64,000 bases of DNA from an uncultured Clostridia bacterium (GTDB lineage Bacteria; Bacillota; Clostridia; Christensenellales; UBA1242). The notes beneath the pieces are model-generated. The model saw only the letters and a list, made by a program, of their open reading frames with translations, had not been told where the DNA came from and did not search any database. Made by a program: the position numbers and the translations under genes. Positions 53,551-63,063 of the stretch are shown here, piece by piece. The first letter of the stretch is position 1. Each line of letters begins with the position of its first letter. The DNA lies in the NCBI GenBank assembly GCA_944383355.1, contig CALWPF010000004.1:5086-69085 (forward strand), given 5' to 3'.

Positions 53551-53889
53551 TTAACCTCCCAAAGTTTCAAACAACGATGATACATCTTTAATAAATGCGT
53601 CTCGTTTGTCTTTCTCAACATATTTATCGCAAATAGCAGGTATTTTGTCAAGCACAAATTGCAATTTGTTAACTAATCCTAATTTGGATTCATATTCCTC
53701 CAGATTAGCAGAGGCTCTACGTACTATATCCAAAACTGCTTGCCTAGTAGTACTACCCGCATCAGCAATTTCGCTCAAGCCCTCATCATAATTGAGGTAA
53801 TCATTTAAAATTTCTCTTTGCTTTGTAGTCAACAAGCCTCCATAAACATCTAGCATCTTGCTTAATCGTACAACATCATTAACTTTCAT
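53551..53889 (-). CDS. ylxM: YlxM family SRP-associated protein
   Basis: LDVYGGLLT.KQ, SRQAV-like TRQAV, YESKLGL; directly upstream of ffh. Confidence 0.9.
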   Translation of the reverse strand: MKVNDVVRLSKMLDVYGGLLTTKQREILNDYLNYDEGLSEIADAGSTTRQAVLDIVRRASANLEEYESKLGLVNKLQFVLDKIPAICDKYVEKDKRDAFIKDVSSLFETLGG

Positions 53890-53909
53890 TAAGAATACCT
53901 CAAATTAAT

Positions 53910-53929
53910 GTCAAGTAATACTACTTTAC
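53910..53929 (-). promoter_or_regulatory. Leader hairpin of ylxM-ffh operon
   Basis: GTAAAG-TAGTATTA-CTTGAC stem between a TTGACA-16-TATAAT promoter and the ylxM RBS. Confidence 0.5.
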
Positions 53930-54024
53930 GCATATTATACAATGAAATTAATTTTTGTCAACACTAATAACAAATTTTTTATAAATAATAGCGTAAAAAC
54001 AATCGTTATAAATATAATAATGAT

Positions 54025-54567
54025 ATGAGTAAAAATTTAAAATACCTAATATTGCTTAGTTCTGCAGTAATTATATCTTGTTTTTTTATTATAGCGTTTT
54101 TCTTTCTGCTATATCCTATAAAATACAAAGATACAATTATTTACTACTCAGGCCAGTATGATGTAGAACCAGCACTAGTTGCAGCCGTAATTAATTGTGA
54201 AAGTGGATATGATGACTCAAGCATTTCAAACGCTGGAGCAATAGGTTTGATGCAAATAATGCCTAATACCGCTATATATTTAGCGGAATTACTTCGAATA
54301 GAAAATTTTAATATTGATATGTTGCACAAACCAGAGATAAATATCATGCTAGGTACATATTATCTCTCAATATTACTCCAGCAATTCCAAAACACAAAAA
54401 CTGCATTAGCAGCGTATAATGCTGGACCGACAAAAGTAGCAAATTGGCTAAAAGATAATACTTACTCATCGGATGGATTAACATTACTCACAACTCCATA
54501 TCCAGCCACAAATGCCTATATAGAAAAAGTTTACAAAAATTTTGAAATGTATATTAAATTTTATTAA
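54025..54567 (+). CDS. Soluble lytic transglycosylase (SLT domain)
   Basis: N-terminal TM, AVINCES, GAIGLMQIMP, AAYNAG. Confidence 0.92.
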   Translation: MSKNLKYLILLSSAVIISCFFIIAFFFLLYPIKYKDTIIYYSGQYDVEPALVAAVINCESGYDDSSISNAGAIGLMQIMPNTAIYLAELLRIENFNIDMLHKPEINIMLGTYYLSILLQQFQNTKTALAAYNAGPTKVANWLKDNTYSSDGLTLLTTPYPATNAYIEKVYKNFEMYIKFY

Positions 54568-54631
54568 AGTTACTGATTGACAAACCTAAGACTATTTTAG
54601 TAAAATATGCACGATAGTTTTAGGAGGAAAT

Positions 54632-55504
54632 ATGGCTAAAATTTTTATTGATGCATATGCAGATATGTTGCAACCAGAGGCTGATGCAAACGGCATATTA
54701 TTGGCACCTAGCAAAATTCAAAAAGGAAAAACCATTATAAATTTTACAGATTTTAATAATAAATCGCTATCTAATGTCGACATCTGCCAAAATATACAAA
54801 AAGGACTATACAAAATTATTCCTTTGACCATGCAAGAATGGCTAGATTTTTTTACCCCGTACTTGCAAAATGGAGATGATATAGTATTCTTTACGGTATC
54901 TCAAAAGATTATGCAAGATGGAGGTGCGGATCTGCGCTCTGCTTTTACTCAGATGTCAGTAGACTATCCAGATCGCAAATGCTATCTAATTGATACAATG
55001 ACTGTGTCTAGAGGGACTAGCGAAATAGCGTTGATGGCAAACACCTTGCACAAAAATGAGCCTGACATAGATAAAGTTTTGCAATATATAGACCAGAATA
55101 TTATTGGTACATATGTTTCTGCCTTTGTAATAGACGACGTCAATCTAGTGCAAAGTAGCCCATTGTTGCGTAATGTAATAGATAAATTCGTAGGAGCAAG
55201 TGTTGGAATGCGTCCTATAATATGTATTGACACTGACGGCGATTTTAGAGTACTTGAAAGCATCAAGGGCTTTAAGCCAGCTGTTGCCAAATTATATGAT
55301 ATAGTTGCTGACAACGGTGAAAATATAGCTGATTACACCTTTACAATAGTAAACTTTGATGCACAAGATGATGCAGACAAATTATATAATAAATTTCGCC
55401 CACAAGTTGAATCAACCGAAATTAGAAACTTACCAATGTCACTAAACAATGCAATAATGGTTGGTGGAAAAACAGTAGCAATAACATTTCATTCTAAAAA
55501 ATAA
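54632..55504 (+). CDS. Diverged DegV/FakB-like protein
   Basis: Overall DegV-like pattern: IFID..AD, IDTMTVSRG, MRPIICID.DG, VGGKTVAI. Confidence 0.65.
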   Translation: MAKIFIDAYADMLQPEADANGILLAPSKIQKGKTIINFTDFNNKSLSNVDICQNIQKGLYKIIPLTMQEWLDFFTPYLQNGDDIVFFTVSQKIMQDGGADLRSAFTQMSVDYPDRKCYLIDTMTVSRGTSEIALMANTLHKNEPDIDKVLQYIDQNIIGTYVSAFVIDDVNLVQSSPLLRNVIDKFVGASVGMRPIICIDTDGDFRVLESIKGFKPAVAKLYDIVADNGENIADYTFTIVNFDAQDDADKLYNKFRPQVESTEIRNLPMSLNNAIMVGGKTVAITFHSKK

Positions 55505-55526
55505 AAAGAGGCACTCGCCTCTTTTT
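55503..55526. terminator. Bidirectional terminator between degV-like gene and thrS
   Basis: AAAAAGAGGC-ACTC-GCCTCTTTTT. Confidence 0.85.
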
Positions 55527-57465
55527 ATTTTATAACTTTGTTAACATTTTCATCTACTACCATTTTACAGAAGTCATCAACACTCATAGTACCAATATCA
55601 CCATCTTTCCTATGACGAACAGCAACCATTTGCGATTCTTGCTCATTATCTCCAACTATTACCATATAAGGTATCTTTTGTAATTGAGCCTCTCTAATCT
55701 TGTAACCAACCTTTTCATTACGACTATCCACCTCAACACGCAAACCTAGTTGAGTTAATTTGTCAGCAATAGATTTAGCATAATCAACATTCCTATCCGT
55801 TAATGACAATATCTTCACCTGAATTGGACTATACCATAATGGTAATGCACCACCAAAGTGTTCAAGACATACTGCAAGCAAGCGTTCATAGCTACTACAT
55901 GCACGGTGAATTATGCAAGGACGCTGTTTCTCTCCATTTTCATCAATGTACCACATATCCCAACGCTCAGCGAGAGCAAAGTCAACTTGCGCCGTACATA
56001 ATGTGTCTTCCTTGCCCCATACATTCTTAATTTGGAAATCCAACTTTGGTCCATAAAATGCAGCCTCTCCAACAGCCTCAACAAAAGGAATTTTTAAATC
56101 CACTAAAATTTGTCTCAACACACTCTCAGCATATTCCCACATCTCTGGGTTGTCTATATACTTATTATTCTTATTCTCTGGGTCCCACTTGCTGAGACGC
56201 AAGTAAACAATCTCGTCTTTTATACCAAATTTTTCCAAATAGTACATCAACAAATTAACTACATTACTAAATTCTTGCTCTAGTTGATCCTTACGCAACA
56301 TAATATGCGCATCAGACATTGTAAATTGTCTCACCCTAGTTAAGCCATGACAAGCACCACTGTCCTCAAAACGGCACATCAAGCTAGTTTCATTATAACG
56401 AGCAGGCAAATCTTTATAACTTTTTAGACCTTGCTTGTAACATAAAAATTGGAATGGACAAGTCATTGGACGCAGAGCAAATACCTCTTTATCCTTTTCC
56501 TCATCACCTAATATAAACATATCTTCTTTGTAATGTTCCCAATGTCCACTAGTCTCATAGAGTTCTTTTTTTGCCATTATAGGAGTCTTTGTTAGCATAT
56601 AACCACGCTTTTGCTCTTCGTCTTCTATAAATCTTTGCATTACTTGTATAGTTCTAGCTCCATTAGGCAAGAAAAGCGGCAAGCCTTGTCCCACTATTTC
56701 TTCTGTGGTAAAAAAGCCTAGCTCTCGTCCAACTTTGTTACTATCACGCTGTCTAGCCAACTCTTGCTTTTCAATAAATAAATCCAATTCCGACTTTTTG
56801 GGGAAACTTATACCATAAATACGAGTAAGCATTTTATTGTGCTCGTCTCCACGCCAATACGCACCAGTTGCCGATTGCAATTTAAAAGCTTTTATGATAC
56901 TGATATCCTCTAGATGAGGTCCTCTACAAAGATCGGTCAATTCCCCCAACTTGTATATAGTAATAATCTCATCTTGTGGGATATCTTCCAACAATTCCAG
57001 CTTGTATGGCTCATCTAAATCTTTAAATATTTTTTGAGCCTCTTGTCTACTTACCTCCACTCTTTCAAAGGATAATTTTGATTGAATGATTTTCTCCATC
57101 TCTTTTTCTACTTTTGGCAGGTCTTCTTTCTTAAATGGAGAAGAAAAGTCAAAATCGTAATAAAAGCCGTCTTCTATTGCTGGACCAATAGAAATTTTTG
57201 TATCAGGATAAAGGCGCTTAACAGCTAACGCCATTACGTGTGCTGTAGAGTGATGGAAGATATCCATACCATCTTTATCTTTTAATGTGATAATCTCAAC
57301 ATTATCATTATTGGCCAATTTGTGTGATAACTGTACTAAAGCACCATTCACTCTACCAGCCACTGCATTACGAGCCAAACCTTCGCTAATTTGTTTAGCC
57401 AAATCTAACACACTTGAATTAGACTCAATCTCTAATTGACTGCCATCTTTTATTTTAATTTTCAT
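55525..57465 (-). CDS. thrS: Threonine--tRNA ligase
   Basis: TGS domain, HSTAHVMA, DLCRGPH, RPMTCP, AFYGPKLD; start at MKIKIKDG behind GGAG RBS. Confidence 0.97.
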   Translation of the reverse strand: MKIKIKDGSQLEIESNSSVLDLAKQISEGLARNAVAGRVNGALVQLSHKLANNDNVEIITLKDKDGMDIFHHSTAHVMALAVKRLYPDTKISIGPAIEDGFYYDFDFSSPFKKEDLPKVEKEMEKIIQSKLSFERVEVSRQEAQKIFKDLDEPYKLELLEDIPQDEIITIYKLGELTDLCRGPHLEDISIIKAFKLQSATGAYWRGDEHNKMLTRIYGISFPKKSELDLFIEKQELARQRDSNKVGRELGFFTTEEIVGQGLPLFLPNGARTIQVMQRFIEDEEQKRGYMLTKTPIMAKKELYETSGHWEHYKEDMFILGDEEKDKEVFALRPMTCPFQFLCYKQGLKSYKDLPARYNETSLMCRFEDSGACHGLTRVRQFTMSDAHIMLRKDQLEQEFSNVVNLLMYYLEKFGIKDEIVYLRLSKWDPENKNNKYIDNPEMWEYAESVLRQILVDLKIPFVEAVGEAAFYGPKLDFQIKNVWGKEDTLCTAQVDFALAERWDMWYIDENGEKQRPCIIHRACSSYERLLAVCLEHFGGALPLWYSPIQVKILSLTDRNVDYAKSIADKLTQLGLRVEVDSRNEKVGYKIREAQLQKIPYMVIVGDNEQESQMVAVRHRKDGDIGTMSVDDFCKMVVDENVNKVIK

Positions 57466-57494
57466 ACCAAACTCCTTTTGCGGGCAAAAATAAA

Positions 57495-57730
57495 ACTCGC
57501 CCACTGTAAATTAAATTACAAAGGACGAGTATATTACCCGTGGTTCCACCTTTATTGCCTAGATATTACTTATATCTAGACCACTCTTGGGCACACAAAA
57601 ATACGCTGTACCTTAGCGTAATAGTAGTTAGGTGGTTTCAATCTAGCCTCCTTATTGCCCACTCTCAGCATATGTGGTACTCTCTGTAAATGGTGTAACT
57701 AGATCTACTTGTCCCAACATCTATACTATC
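57495..57730 (-). promoter_or_regulatory. Thr T-box riboswitch
   Basis: AGTA and GCTG boxes, specifier ACC (Thr) at 57634-57636, T-box AAGGTGGAACCACGG at 57538-57552, terminator ACTCGTCC/GGGCGAGT plus T-run; TTGACA-17-TAAAAT promoter at 57741-57769. Confidence 0.93.
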
Positions 57731-57778
57731 ATCTTCGATAATTTTAACCATTATTATAAATCTTGTCAAGATTTTTTT

Positions 57779-58528
57779 CTAACTTTTTATAATATGTATT
57801 CTGTCTCCAAATAGTGAAACCAGAGTGTCAATCAACTTATTAGGTTCTTGTGGCATTTTTACAACAATTTTTACTGGGCTGAGTTCTATTAGTTTATTAA
57901 CTATTTCCACCTCTGCCAATTTGCCTGTGTAACAATATGACCAAATTACCCCATCGCTATCTTCAAATATCATTGAATTATTCACAGTTTTAACTAAGAC
58001 ACATTCACTTTTGTAATCTAAATTATTTAATAGGAATCTTAATATGTCTAAAAAAGTTTCACTTTGAAAAAACAATTCAGCATTTTGATTGGTGAGATTA
58101 CATAATTCCTGCCATTTGCATTTTAATGACCGTAGCCTAAATTCCAGATAACTTGATAATACCATTGAATGACCAATGGACAAATTCCTCATGACTATTT
58201 GTCGCTCTAGTTCATTATCAAAATATGTACAAACTTTTACAAACGGCATAAACAAGTCACTGTCATTTGGTATACAATTAATGTTTTTTTGTAGATAGTC
58301 TGCCTTCATCTTTTCACAAAAGATATCACATAAGTAAATCCTCAATTGACTTTTAATTTTGTTTTTATCTTTTTCACTAACAGCAAGGCTCAAAATTTTA
58401 TCATTACCAGATGTTGCTACAGCGATATTACCACCAACTTTTGTTACACTTGGCTTTAACTTTTTATATAAATAATCAATATAGCTCACAGTATGTGACT
58501 CAGATTTTACATCAAACTCCCACATCAT
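57779..58528 (-). CDS. YtxC-like putative sporulation protein
   Basis: YLEFRL..L...W..L, F.DILRFL pattern; canonical position upstream of thrS; CATACACT sigmaE-type -10 at 58549-58556. Confidence 0.7.
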   Translation of the reverse strand: MMWEFDVKSESHTVSYIDYLYKKLKPSVTKVGGNIAVATSGNDKILSLAVSEKDKNKIKSQLRIYLCDIFCEKMKADYLQKNINCIPNDSDLFMPFVKVCTYFDNELERQIVMRNLSIGHSMVLSSYLEFRLRSLKCKWQELCNLTNQNAELFFQSETFLDILRFLLNNLDYKSECVLVKTVNNSMIFEDSDGVIWSYCYTGKLAEVEIVNKLIELSPVKIVVKMPQEPNKLIDTLVSLFGDRIHIIKS

Positions 58529-58666
58529 TCACCTCATTAAGTAAAAATAGTGTATGTACAATCTCTATTTTTAAACACTCTTATTATGGCGAATTTTAGG
58601 TTGAATAATATTAAAACAAAAAACGGCCTCACGCCGCTTTAACAAAAAATTGAATCTGATTAACTC

Positions 58667-59218
58667 TTAATAGTCCTTTTTTAACAAAGCAAAGTATGCT
58701 TGTGGATGAGCGCAAACTGGACAAACTGCAGGCGGTTCTTTACCAAAGTAATGATACCCACAGTTGAGACATACCCATTCCATTTCTGTATCACGTTTAA
58801 AAGTTTTACCGCTCTCAACGTTTTCCAATAGCTCTTTAAATCTATTTTCATGCTCTTTCTCAATAGCCGCTACACCACGGAACAACTCAGCTATCTCTGG
58901 GAATCCTTCCTCATCTGCTACTTTTGCAAAGTTCGCATACATGTCAGTCCACTCATAGTTCTCACCATCAGCAGCCCACTGTAGACACTCTTTTGTATTT
59001 CCCATTCCATGGAATAATTTGAACCAAATCTTGGCATGTTCTTTTTCATTACCAGCAGTTTCAGAAAAATACCTACTAATCTGCTCATATCCCTCTTTCT
59101 TGGCTATACTTGCAAAGTAATCATATTTATTCCTTGCCTGACTCTCACCTGCAAAAGCCTCCATCAAGTTCTTTTCAGTTTTAGTACCCTTTAATTTCTC
59201 TATCTTTTTTAGTTCCAT
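58667..59218 (-). CDS. rbr: Rubrerythrin
   Basis: [25 protein letters not shown]-terminal CLNC...CPVC rubredoxin knuckle. Confidence 0.95.
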   Translation of the reverse strand: MELKKIEKLKGTKTEKNLMEAFAGESQARNKYDYFASIAKKEGYEQISRYFSETAGNEKEHAKIWFKLFHGMGNTKECLQWAADGENYEWTDMYANFAKVADEEGFPEIAELFRGVAAIEKEHENRFKELLENVESGKTFKRDTEMEWVCLNCGYHYFGKEPPAVCPVCAHPQAYFALLKKDY

Positions 59219-59322
59219 AAAAATTTTTTCTCCTTACTTTAGATTGCTAAAAGCCATTATATCAACAATTGCTCTTTTTGACAAACAAAAAAGCATAAAA
59301 TCTCGTACAAGATTACCTATAA

Positions 59323-60600
59323 TTATTTTTTGAATACCTTTTTACGTATTAGCCCTCGTTCTCTACCATTTTCACTAGGTTTATAGTAAATCCTATCTTT
59401 TAAACTATCTGGTAAATACTGTTGATAAACATAACCACCATATTCGTGTGGATACTTGTATTTAGCTTGATAATCAGTAGTCTTGTGATTTTTTAAATGA
59501 TTTGGGACTCTATCATCTTTTACATTTTCAGCATCTTGCTGTGCCATATTCAATGCTAATATTACACTATTAGACTTTGGGGCCTCGCAAGCATAAATAA
59601 TAGCATGAGCCAAAGGTATATTGCCCTCTGGTAATCCAAGATTTTTTAATGCAATCAGTGCCGATGTCGCCAACAACAAAGCATTACTATCTGCCATACC
59701 TATATCTTCACTGCAATGAGCAATCAACCTGCGAGCTATCAATAATGGGTCACAACCTGCACTAATCAAACGACTACTCCAGTATAATGCTGCATCAGCG
59801 TCACTTCCCCTAATACTTTTGCAAAATGCCGAAAGCATATCATAATACATATCCTCATCAATGGACATAGCCTTTTTTTGTATTGATTGCTCAGCAACAG
59901 TTTTGTCTATGACAATATTTCCTGCACTATCTATAGGAGTTGTTTTTGCTGCTAACTCTAGTGCGTTTAAAGCGCAACGTAAATCTCCAGAAGCCGCCCA
60001 CGCATAGTGTTCTTTTGCCTCTTTAGTCAGCACAATATTTAAGTTGCCAAGACCTTTTTCTTTATTTTTTACCGCTCTCTCTAATGCAGTAACAATATTT
60101 TTATCGGACAGTGGCTTAAATTCGAAAACCCTGCACCTTGAGACAATTGCTCTAGTCATAGAAGTATAAGGATTCTCTGTGGTTGAGCCGATAAAGATAA
60201 TACTACCATCTTCAATTGCCGCTAACACACTATCACTTTGCGCTTTGTTCCATCTATGACATTCGTCCAACAACAAATAAGTTTTTTTGCCATATAACAA
60301 AAAGTCCTGCCTTGCTTGATCTATAACTCTTTTTGCATCAGCTACACCACTTGATACAGCATTTAACTTGACAAAATTGCTGTTCGTGTTCTTTGTTATT
60401 ATATGTGCTAGCGTTGTCTTGCCAGTGCCTGGCGGGCCAAAAAAGATACAACTACCCAACATGTCAGTCTTTATAGCTCTAGCAAGCAATGAATTGGGAT
60501 AAACTATGTGTTCTTGCCCTAAAAATTCTTCCAAACTATCTGGACGCATTCTATCATATAACGGTGCTTTCGACTTTGCATTGTTTGTAAATAAATCCAT
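59323..60600 (-). CDS. rarA: Replication-associated recombination protein A (RarA/MgsA)
   Basis: PLYDRMRP, GPPGTGKTT, TTENP, KSIRGSD, SEDIG, YKYPH. Confidence 0.95.
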   Translation of the reverse strand: MDLFTNNAKSKAPLYDRMRPDSLEEFLGQEHIVYPNSLLARAIKTDMLGSCIFFGPPGTGKTTLAHIITKNTNSNFVKLNAVSSGVADAKRVIDQARQDFLLYGKKTYLLLDECHRWNKAQSDSVLAAIEDGSIIFIGSTTENPYTSMTRAIVSRCRVFEFKPLSDKNIVTALERAVKNKEKGLGNLNIVLTKEAKEHYAWAASGDLRCALNALELAAKTTPIDSAGNIVIDKTVAEQSIQKKAMSIDEDMYYDMLSAFCKSIRGSDADAALYWSSRLISAGCDPLLIARRLIAHCSEDIGMADSNALLLATSALIALKNLGLPEGNIPLAHAIIYACEAPKSNSVILALNMAQQDAENVKDDRVPNHLKNHKTTDYQAKYKYPHEYGGYVYQQYLPDSLKDRIYYKPSENGRERGLIRKKVFKK

Positions 60601-60656
60601 TTAATTACCTCTGCAAATATTTTATCACAATGTAGTCCCAAGCGCAAGAATTAAAT

Positions 60657-62408
60657 TTAAAATTCAATAACCAATTCATTTTTATTATCTAATGTAATTT
60701 GATTCATATCTACATAAATTCTGCCATTGCATTTTATGTTTTTATTTAGTCTGTCTCGTGACAATTTAATAGTTTTACCCATGATAAATATCTCACCATC
60801 AAACTTTTCATATGTAGAATCTTTTTCCAAAACTAGCTTTGAGTTATTGATGGTAATCCCAAGCAATGAAGTAAACACATATTCCCAGCTATTATAGTCT
60901 CTCACTTTTTTTGTCTTAAACATAAAATCTAGCAAAAAATCTATAATCTTATTATCTTTAATGTAAGGCAATAACTTTTTAACAAAACAACGAGCGGTCC
61001 CCACGCTCACATTGGATAAATAATGACATCTCTCAATTAAGAAGTGTTTAAAATCATCGTTATACAACAAAGATTCATCTCCAGTTACCGTTATGCTAGT
61101 AAGCAACAGATTCGCACATAAAAATTGAGTACTTGACGGCAGACTGGTCAACAAAACATCTTTAAATATTTTATTTAAATCAATTTTTTCGCCTTGCAAA
61201 ATAGATCTATTCACTAATTCAAAAATTACATTTAAATGCAAGATTTTGGGTTTTGAATACAAAACACAATAGCATTTGTGAGGTACATTATGCAAATCCA
61301 AAACTGAGTTATACGTTAATTTATCACAATCAAACTCTAAGTAAAATGGGACAAACTCATAGTCTGTCGCCTCTTTTAAAAAAATATAAATACGGTCATC
61401 ATTCCATATGCACCTGTGTTCAACATGGCACACTTTTGACTCAAACTTTATATAAACTTTATAACCACTAACAAAATCTTTAATTTCCACAACATGTCTT
61501 CGCAAAACTGAAACCCTAACAAGTTTTGAAAACCCCAAAGCTGTTAATGAAATAAAAAACTTCTCAGCAAAAACTTTACCACAAAAATCTTTTAATTTGA
61601 ATTCAGGAAGTAATAAAAATCTATCATAATCCAGAGACAAAGTCCAATTTTCTTTTTTTATTAGTTTTTGTATATTTAGGCTTTTTAATGTATTAAAAGG
61701 CACTAGCACTTCGATTTTTTTTATTTTTTGTTGCCAAGCACTTGTATCAATATAACCAAACATACTTTTCAAAACTTTTTTACGTTCAGGACCCGTAACA
61801 ACATTTAATGGGGAATCTACAAAAACAAAGTAGGCACTCTGGGGCCAAACAGCCATTTCAATATATTCGGGATATGCCCTGATGTTGGAACAATAACCTT
61901 TTTGTAATTCAAATCCTATTATTTTACCTTTTTCATTTATACAAAATAAGCCTTTGTCTTGATTGGTTATATAAGAACACTGAGGTTTACTAATCTCAAG
62001 TATAAACTCATCTACTAGATTACTCTCTAATTCAAATCCTTCCTTGTGTATGTTAATTACAAAATAATGTTGCTTAGATGCATACTTTGCTCTGCAATAA
62101 TTGTTATTTAAGATAACATGTTGCAAAAGATACTCTTCATGATTGTTAACACCAAATTCAACTTTGCATAACAAGGAATCTTCTTTAACAAAGCCAATTG
62201 TTCCATCATTTAATACAATCACATAAAAATTATCTTTTACCCAAACGCTAGCCATTTGAGTATTGAAGATTATTTTTTTACTTCTTAACTTTTTGTATGA
62301 GTACATATAAGGTGTTGCAACGATATGCGGTATAACATCATAGATAAAAGGAAATAAAATACATAACCCAACGAATGAACTGCTAAACAACAAAAAAAAT
62401 TCTAACAT
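60657..62408 (-). CDS. Hypothetical 583-aa protein, possibly a degenerate GH94-like glycoside phosphorylase
   Basis: Long intact ORF; scattered resemblance to GH94 (WQQKIKKIEV, TGDESLL, SLLGITI...); N-terminal hydrophobic segment. Confidence 0.45.
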   Translation of the reverse strand: MLEFFLLFSSSFVGLCILFPFIYDVIPHIVATPYMYSYKKLRSKKIIFNTQMASVWVKDNFYVIVLNDGTIGFVKEDSLLCKVEFGVNNHEEYLLQHVILNNNYCRAKYASKQHYFVINIHKEGFELESNLVDEFILEISKPQCSYITNQDKGLFCINEKGKIIGFELQKGYCSNIRAYPEYIEMAVWPQSAYFVFVDSPLNVVTGPERKKVLKSMFGYIDTSAWQQKIKKIEVLVPFNTLKSLNIQKLIKKENWTLSLDYDRFLLLPEFKLKDFCGKVFAEKFFISLTALGFSKLVRVSVLRRHVVEIKDFVSGYKVYIKFESKVCHVEHRCIWNDDRIYIFLKEATDYEFVPFYLEFDCDKLTYNSVLDLHNVPHKCYCVLYSKPKILHLNVIFELVNRSILQGEKIDLNKIFKDVLLTSLPSSTQFLCANLLLTSITVTGDESLLYNDDFKHFLIERCHYLSNVSVGTARCFVKKLLPYIKDNKIIDFLLDFMFKTKKVRDYNSWEYVFTSLLGITINNSKLVLEKDSTYEKFDGEIFIMGKTIKLSRDRLNKNIKCNGRIYVDMNQITLDNKNELVIEF

Positions 62409-62447
62409 ACTCTAATTATTGCAAAATGTAATTTATTTAAACAAAAA

Positions 62448-62470
62448 ACGAAGTTGTCCAACAACTTCGT
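62448..62470 (-). terminator. Terminator of rnpB
   Basis: ACGAAGTTGT-CCA-ACAACTTCGT followed by a T-run on minus strand. Confidence 0.8.
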
Positions 62471-62472
62471 AT

Positions 62473-62874
62473 GGGTACACTAGTCTATAAGCCGAGTTTT
62501 GTTATAGATGGTCATCTATCTAGACATGCTGTCACCAACATGCTCAAGCGATGTATATCGGAAGCAGACGGGCAATCTGTTTTTATCTTCCTTATCTTGC
62601 ACAAGGTGGGGTTTACATAGCACACCATATCACTATGGTGCCGGTGGGCTCTTACCCCACCTTTCCATCCTTACCACTTTAATTTTTTGTGAAAAAATAG
62701 GAGGTAAGATATGATAATATCATAAAAAACACAAAAATAGACAAATAAGTGGCGGTATATCTCTGTTGCACTATCCTTGGAGTCGCCTCCACAAGACGTT
62801 ATCTTGCACCCTGCCCTGTTGTGCTCGGACTTTCCTAATTCAATAAATGAATTCGACCATCCAACTAGGTACGG
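62473..62874 (-). ncRNA. rnpB: RNase P RNA, bacterial class A (ends approximate)
   Basis: AGGAAAGTCCGAGC (P4 5'), AGTGCAACAGAGA, GGTAAACCCC-like GTAAACCCC, ACAAAACTCGGCTTAT (P4 3'); P1 GTAC-CTAGT/ACTAG-TGTAC. Confidence 0.95.
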
Positions 62875-62878
62875 TCTA

Positions 62879-62907
62879 ATTTTAGCATGAAAGAGTAAAA
62901 TTGTCAA
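62879..62907 (-). promoter_or_regulatory. sigmaA promoter of rnpB
   Basis: TTGACA-17 bp-TAAAAT with TG extension; predicted start coincides with the P1 5' end. Confidence 0.8.
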
Positions 62908-63003
62908 TACCAAACCCAATTATAAAGCAATGTTTGCATTGTACATGAGCCATCGAAAGTGTAAAATTTTTAGTTTTATCCCCTTTTTTAATACCAAGTC
63001 ATA

Positions 63004-63032
63004 TTGACAAAGTTGTTTGTTTCTAATATAAT
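63004..63032 (+). promoter_or_regulatory. Perfect-consensus sigmaA promoter
   Basis: TTGACA-17 bp-TATAAT. Confidence 0.8.
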
Positions 63033-63063
63033 ATAGCGAACAATAACATACAGGGGTGTAAAA

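Noticed and set aside
62508-62919. ORFs 62508-62714 (+) and 62671-62919 (-)
   Set aside because: They overlap the RNase P RNA gene; the ATGA overlap of the + ORF with the MIIS minigene is most likely incidental
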